Of a stretch of DNA of 64,000 bases, positions 60,311 through 64,000 are shown piece after piece. Position numbers and translations under genes: made by a program. Source of the DNA: Thermodesulfobacteriota bacterium (GTDB lineage: Bacteria > Desulfobacterota > Desulfobulbia > Desulfobulbales > JAGXFP01); the NCBI GenBank assembly GCA_039714535.1, contig JBDLJC010000004.1, positions 5,693 to 69,692 of the forward strand. The letters run 5' to 3'. The notes under the pieces were generated by a model. It was not told the origin of the DNA and did not search any database. It saw nothing but the letters and a program-made list of their open reading frames with translations. Numbering within the stretch: position 1 is the stretch's first letter; each line of letters opens with the position of its first letter.

Positions 60311-61009
60311 ATGCGGAAGATGTTTGCAAGCACCAACAATGTGGTCCGGTTTTATGGTGGCATGGAGGCGGTCGAAAACCCGGCCCAGGGGCGGATCGGC
60401 ATGGTCCTCCTGGAGGGCGACCCCGGCACCGGCAAAACCGAAGTGGCCCAGAAATACGCCGCCGACAATGAGAGCTGCATCTATGTCCGGGCCACGGATA
60501 TCATGACCCGGCGCAGCCTGCTGTCGGCGATTGTCGGCGAACTTGGCGAGGCCCCGGCCTTCCGCTCAGACGATCTCTTTGCCCAGATCCTCGATCAACT
60601 CCTGGAACGGCCCCGGACCATAATCGTCGATGAGGTTGATTACCTGGTCAAGGACGGCATGGTCGAGGTCCTGCGGGACATCAACGATATGACCAACTGC
60701 CCGGTGGTGATGGTCGGCATGCATATGATCAGCAAGAAACTGCAACGGTTCCGCCATCTATACGACCGGTTCACCTCGGTGATCCGCTTCAAACTTTTCG
60801 ACCGGGCCGATATTGAGCAAATCGCCAAGCAGATCTGCGAGACCCCGATCAGCGATACCGGGCTGCAATTTATCCTGGAGCGGGGCCAGGGCAAGTTTCG
60901 GCGGACCATGGTCTGGTTTGCCAGGGCCGAAAGATTAGCCAAGCACAACAGCCTGAAAGAGGTCGGGATCGAGCATCTGCGCACGGTCAAGCAAGGTGGC
61001 GCAAGATGA
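60311..61009 (+). CDS. MuB-like AAA transposition ATPase
   Basis: GDPGTGKT, IIVDEVD, EVLRDI.D, PVVMVGM. Confidence 0.9.
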   Translation: MRKMFASTNNVVRFYGGMEAVENPAQGRIGMVLLEGDPGTGKTEVAQKYAADNESCIYVRATDIMTRRSLLSAIVGELGEAPAFRSDDLFAQILDQLLERPRTIIVDEVDYLVKDGMVEVLRDINDMTNCPVVMVGMHMISKKLQRFRHLYDRFTSVIRFKLFDRADIEQIAKQICETPISDTGLQFILERGQGKFRRTMVWFARAERLAKHNSLKEVGIEHLRTVKQGGAR

Positions 61010-61506
61010 CGATCCTGGAGCCGATCAGGGCTTTTCTGGCCGGATATAAGGGCCGAAAAATCACCCTGAAACAGATGCTGGCCGCCATCGACCGGCCCCG
61101 GCGCCCGGTGCTGCGGATGCTGGACCAACTGGCTAAGGAGGGCTATCTGGCAGAGATCGCCGATAACCCCACCGCCCCCGGCCAAGGTGAATGCGGGCGG
61201 TTCCGGCGCAACCCAACCTGGCGGATTAACTCTAAAAAGAACATCAGCGACCGGCCTACTTTCAAGAGTCGCCCCCACAACCTCCGCGACAAGATGTGGA
61301 CGGTGATCCGGGCCAGGCGACGCTTCACCCGGACCAATCTGGTAATTTTGGCGGGCTGCGGGGTAGGCAGCGCCGAAACTTACACGCTCCTCCTGGAGCG
61401 GGACAAGATCATCCGGCGGATCGGTAAAGACGGCCAAGAGGTCCTCTGGATGCTGGTTAAAGACACCGGGCCGAAGCGGCCCAAGGTCAAGGAGGCGGCA
61501 TCATGA
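61006..61506 (+). CDS. Phage winged-helix protein
   Basis: R.KMW.VIR..RRFT..L, LVKDTGPKRP, as seen after B genes of B3-like phages. Confidence 0.7.
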   Translation: MTILEPIRAFLAGYKGRKITLKQMLAAIDRPRRPVLRMLDQLAKEGYLAEIADNPTAPGQGECGRFRRNPTWRINSKKNISDRPTFKSRPHNLRDKMWTVIRARRRFTRTNLVILAGCGVGSAETYTLLLERDKIIRRIGKDGQEVLWMLVKDTGPKRPKVKEAAS

Positions 61507-61829
61507 ACGCTGCCTGGTTGAAGATCCTTAAACAGCAGGTCGAGGCCAAGGGCGCTGCCACGGTGGCCCGTGAGGTCGGGATCTCACCGACCTCTCTGTC
61601 ACTGATCTTGGCCGGGAAGTACCCGGCCAAAACCGCCAACGTCGAGCGCAAGGTTCTGGCGGTTTACGGTACTGAATCGGGTCTGGTGGCCTGTCCGGCC
61701 CTGGGCGAGATTGAGCCAGCCCTTTGCGCCCAAAACTTTAACCTGGCCAAAAAGATCGGGGTTCGATGCGGCAATCCGGCCACTTTAAAGCTCTATAAAA
61801 CCTGCATTAAATGTGCGGTTCGGAACTAG
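61503..61829 (+). CDS. Phage HTH regulator with Cys cluster
   Basis: VAREVGIS.TSLS..L.GKYP, CPALGEI..C, NP..LY..C.KC. Confidence 0.75.
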   Translation: MNAAWLKILKQQVEAKGAATVAREVGISPTSLSLILAGKYPAKTANVERKVLAVYGTESGLVACPALGEIEPALCAQNFNLAKKIGVRCGNPATLKLYKTCIKCAVRN

Positions 61830-61838
61830 GAGGCAATT

Positions 61839-62282
61839 ATGGAAAATACTGCGAAAAAAACCAACAACACCCTGGTAGCACTGGATGAGAGATTGGCAGA
61901 GGCCTTTAGCCTGGCATGCGATCTCGCGGAACCACTCCTGGAGAACGGTAACAGTGAGGCCCTGGGTAAATTACGGCGGCTAAAGGCTCTGCTGGCTACG
62001 GCTCTGAGGCCGGTTGGCGCCAAACAGGAGCGCGGCGCGCAGGATAGCCCGGAAGGCCCGGTTGCAGACTATCGGCGGGAGGCGTTGGCGCTTCTTAGGG
62101 AACTGGGGTCCAAGTTGCTGCGCCGGGATGCCGATGCAGTGATGGACGATGTTGAACTGGAAGCGATCTCCCTCCAGGCCGAAACGGCGGTCGACAGGAT
62201 CAACTGCTATTTCAACGCCAAGATCAGAGGCTCGCTGCAGGACATCGTGGCAGGAGGTATCCATGGCCAGCAAGGAACATGA
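61839..62282 (+). CDS. Phage hypothetical protein
   Basis: AGGAGG RBS; operon-coupled. Confidence 0.65.
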   Translation: MENTAKKTNNTLVALDERLAEAFSLACDLAEPLLENGNSEALGKLRRLKALLATALRPVGAKQERGAQDSPEGPVADYRREALALLRELGSKLLRRDADAVMDDVELEAISLQAETAVDRINCYFNAKIRGSLQDIVAGGIHGQQGT

Positions 62283-62541
62283 TAAATGGCTGGCCGCTAA
62301 CACCTTTGAATGTAAGCGGCTTAATGCCCGGATAACCAAGACTGTTTGCGCCGAGTATCAGGCCGAGAACCAGGACAGGACTCTTAGAATTGGTCTCGTC
62401 GCCTCTGCCCGAACAATACGGCTCCCCGGTTGTTGCCAGGGTTGTCCCCAGGCCCCGGCCGGGGATGCAACGATTAAGCGCCGGGCTTGTTTCGGTTGGA
62501 GAAAACGCCGAAAAACGCGGCAAAAAGCAGGGAGGATGTAA
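62263..62541 (+). CDS. Phage hypothetical protein (Cys-containing, basic tail)
   Basis: AGGAGG RBS; F.C.RLNARI...C, C.GC. Confidence 0.6.
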   Translation: MASKEHDKWLAANTFECKRLNARITKTVCAEYQAENQDRTLRIGLVASARTIRLPGCCQGCPQAPAGDATIKRRACFGWRKRRKTRQKAGRM

Positions 62542-62544
62542 GTA

Positions 62545-63174
62545 ATGGCTGATAAAAAACAAAATGGCGACTGGATCGATTCAATGGGCGACGCAGTGCC
62601 TGCCCGACACGTCCAAAAGACTGATAAGAAGCGCGACGCAATGGTCGAGCGCTTGTTCAAAAAGGCCCAGACCGTCCATCAACAGTTAGCCGCTCTCCGG
62701 TCGTTGATAGACCGGCAGGTCGATTATTTCCTGACCGCCTCCGCCGCCGAGGCCGGGATGGAGCTTAACAACCCCGGCGGCAACTATACCTTCCCCAACT
62801 TCTCCGGCAATCGGCGGCTGATTATCAAGACCAATGCCTGTATCGATTTCGATGAGCGGCTCCAGTTCGCCAAGACCAAGATTGACTCCTGTCTGGACCG
62901 CTGGAGTAAAGGCGGCGATTCAAACCTGCGAGCGGTGGTGTTCGACGCCTTTCAGGTCGATCTTAAGGGCCGGGTTGATATCAAGCGGATCCTGCGTCTC
63001 CGCAAGCTGCAGATCAAGGACCGGGAATGGCGGGAGGCCATGGATCTGATCACCGTAGCGATCACCATCACCGGGCGTAAGACCTACTGCCATTTTCAGG
63101 TACGGAAAAACCGGGACAGCGAATGGGAGACGATCAGGTTGGATCTGGCCGGGGTGTCGGGAGAGGGATCGTGA
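62545..63174 (+). CDS. DUF3164 family phage protein
   Basis: D.KRD..V, GN.T..NF.G, FDERLQ.AK.KID.CL..W, AFQVD..G, W..AM..I. Confidence 0.85.
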   Translation: MADKKQNGDWIDSMGDAVPARHVQKTDKKRDAMVERLFKKAQTVHQQLAALRSLIDRQVDYFLTASAAEAGMELNNPGGNYTFPNFSGNRRLIIKTNACIDFDERLQFAKTKIDSCLDRWSKGGDSNLRAVVFDAFQVDLKGRVDIKRILRLRKLQIKDREWREAMDLITVAITITGRKTYCHFQVRKNRDSEWETIRLDLAGVSGEGS

Positions 63175-63407
63175 GTCCGGCCCAGCAGAAACAACTTGAT
63201 TGGGTCGAACAGCAGATGGCTATTGGCAACGAGCTAGTTGATTACGCCTGCCCGGATTGCGGTGAGCCTAATTTTTGTCTGGTGCCAGCCAGTGGAGACA
63301 GCTTCACCTCTCAAGTCTACTGCCCCCACTGTCAAGATCTGCATTACCGGGAGGTGACGGTTGACGGCAAGGTTAAAGCGGTCAGCCAGCCGTGGTTAGC
63401 AAACTGA
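63171..63407 (+). CDS. Zn-ribbon phage protein
   Basis: CPDC...CPHC; GTGA coupling. Confidence 0.65.
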   Translation: MSPAQQKQLDWVEQQMAIGNELVDYACPDCGEPNFCLVPASGDSFTSQVYCPHCQDLHYREVTVDGKVKAVSQPWLAN

Positions 63408-63428
63408 ACCGCAATTAAGAATTGAAAA

Positions 63429-63656
63429 ATGCCCTCCAAATGGATCCCAAAAGCCCCCGTCAAGCGAGGACTGAACAGAGCATACCCGACCAAAAGAGCC
63501 GCCGAGCCACGCAAGATCGGCTGCCCGGCCTGGCCGACGACCGGCAGCGGGGCCGGGGCGACTCTGGAGTGGTGCCGGGAGGCGCGAGGGACAATGGCAG
63601 CCTGCGAAACCTGCTCGTGGGGTGTCCGGGCGGATACTGCGAATTGTGTCCGGTAG
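63429..63656 (+). CDS. Small Cys-containing phage hypothetical protein
   Basis: 75-aa ORF, CP..C..C..C; an alternative overlapping frame exists. Confidence 0.4.
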   Translation: MPSKWIPKAPVKRGLNRAYPTKRAAEPRKIGCPAWPTTGSGAGATLEWCREARGTMAACETCSWGVRADTANCVR

Positions 63657-63716
63657 CTATGCAGATTGAATGTGAAAAGGACATTTCATAATGAGATTAA
63701 TTAGGGGCCCGGAATT

Positions 63717-64000
63717 ATGAACGGGATGTGTCAAACATGCGGTACCGTAGCGCCGGTTGAATGGTTCCTGAACGAGCCGATCAGACGGCAGTTTGAGGCG
63801 GTGCTGATTGGATTGCCCAAACCGGTGACAGAGCAGGCCTTTTTTTACCTGTCGCTATTCCGTCCGGCCAGCGGTCGGAGCCTGACCCCTAAAAAAGCGC
63901 TGCGAGTCTTGACCGAGCTGCGCGATCTGGTGGCAAAGGGCTATGTCACGGTGCGAGGCCGGGTTGATCGTAGCTGTCCGTCCCTGATCTGGGCAACGGC
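63717..64000 (+). CDS. Conserved Mu-like phage protein (3' truncated)
   Basis: MNGMCQTCG...YLSLFRP...L..KKA.R.L.EL; open to the window end. Confidence 0.65.
   Translation, partial: MNGMCQTCGTVAPVEWFLNEPIRRQFEAVLIGLPKPVTEQAFFYLSLFRPASGRSLTPKKALRVLTELRDLVAKGYVTVRGRVDRSCPSLIWAT

Larger units (their letters stand above)
53813..64000 (+). mobile_element. Mu/B3-like transposable prophage, left end and early region (continues beyond window)
   Basis: Divergent repressor, DDE transposase, MuB-like ATPase, DUF3164 and tightly coupled small ORFs; repeated TGGAACCAAA next to candidate TG ends at 53813/53823. Confidence 0.9.

Overview
Genomic DNA, most consistent with a Desulfobacterota (Desulfobulbaceae-like) anaerobe; this is inferred from gene content only. 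The window has four blocks. (1) 1-6.3 kb: core metabolism, with the end of an HdrA-like Fe-S gene, mvhD and metV, then an M20 amidohydrolase / YbdK ligase / gamma-glutamyltransferase operon. (2) 6.5-8.9 kb: mobile debris, comprising a frameshifted beta-propeller gene, a 44-bp perfect palindrome, an integrase-less integron cassette with a clear attC, a Mor fragment and the 3' half of tRNA-Arg(TCT), which looks like an island att site. (3) 9-53.7 kb: a large biofilm/exopolysaccharide locus. It appears wired to c-di-GMP at three levels: a sigma54 promoter plus c-di-GMP-I riboswitch in front of a dockerin-tipped Ig/PKD adhesin, a VpsT-like regulator with a WVSR motif, and a priming sugar transferase fused to a degenerate GGDEF domain that keeps the RxxD I-site. 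The locus also carries unusual tailoring enzymes: a TRAM-less methylthiotransferase-type radical SAM enzyme, two methyltransferases, an ATP-grasp ligase, two sulfotransferases and an Asn-synthetase-like enzyme. (4) 53.8 kb to the end: left end and early region of a Mu/B3-like transposable prophage carrying a cohesin-like lipoprotein, a mini HExxH protein and an ASCH gene between transposase and MuB. All family assignments are by eye from motifs; no searches were run.
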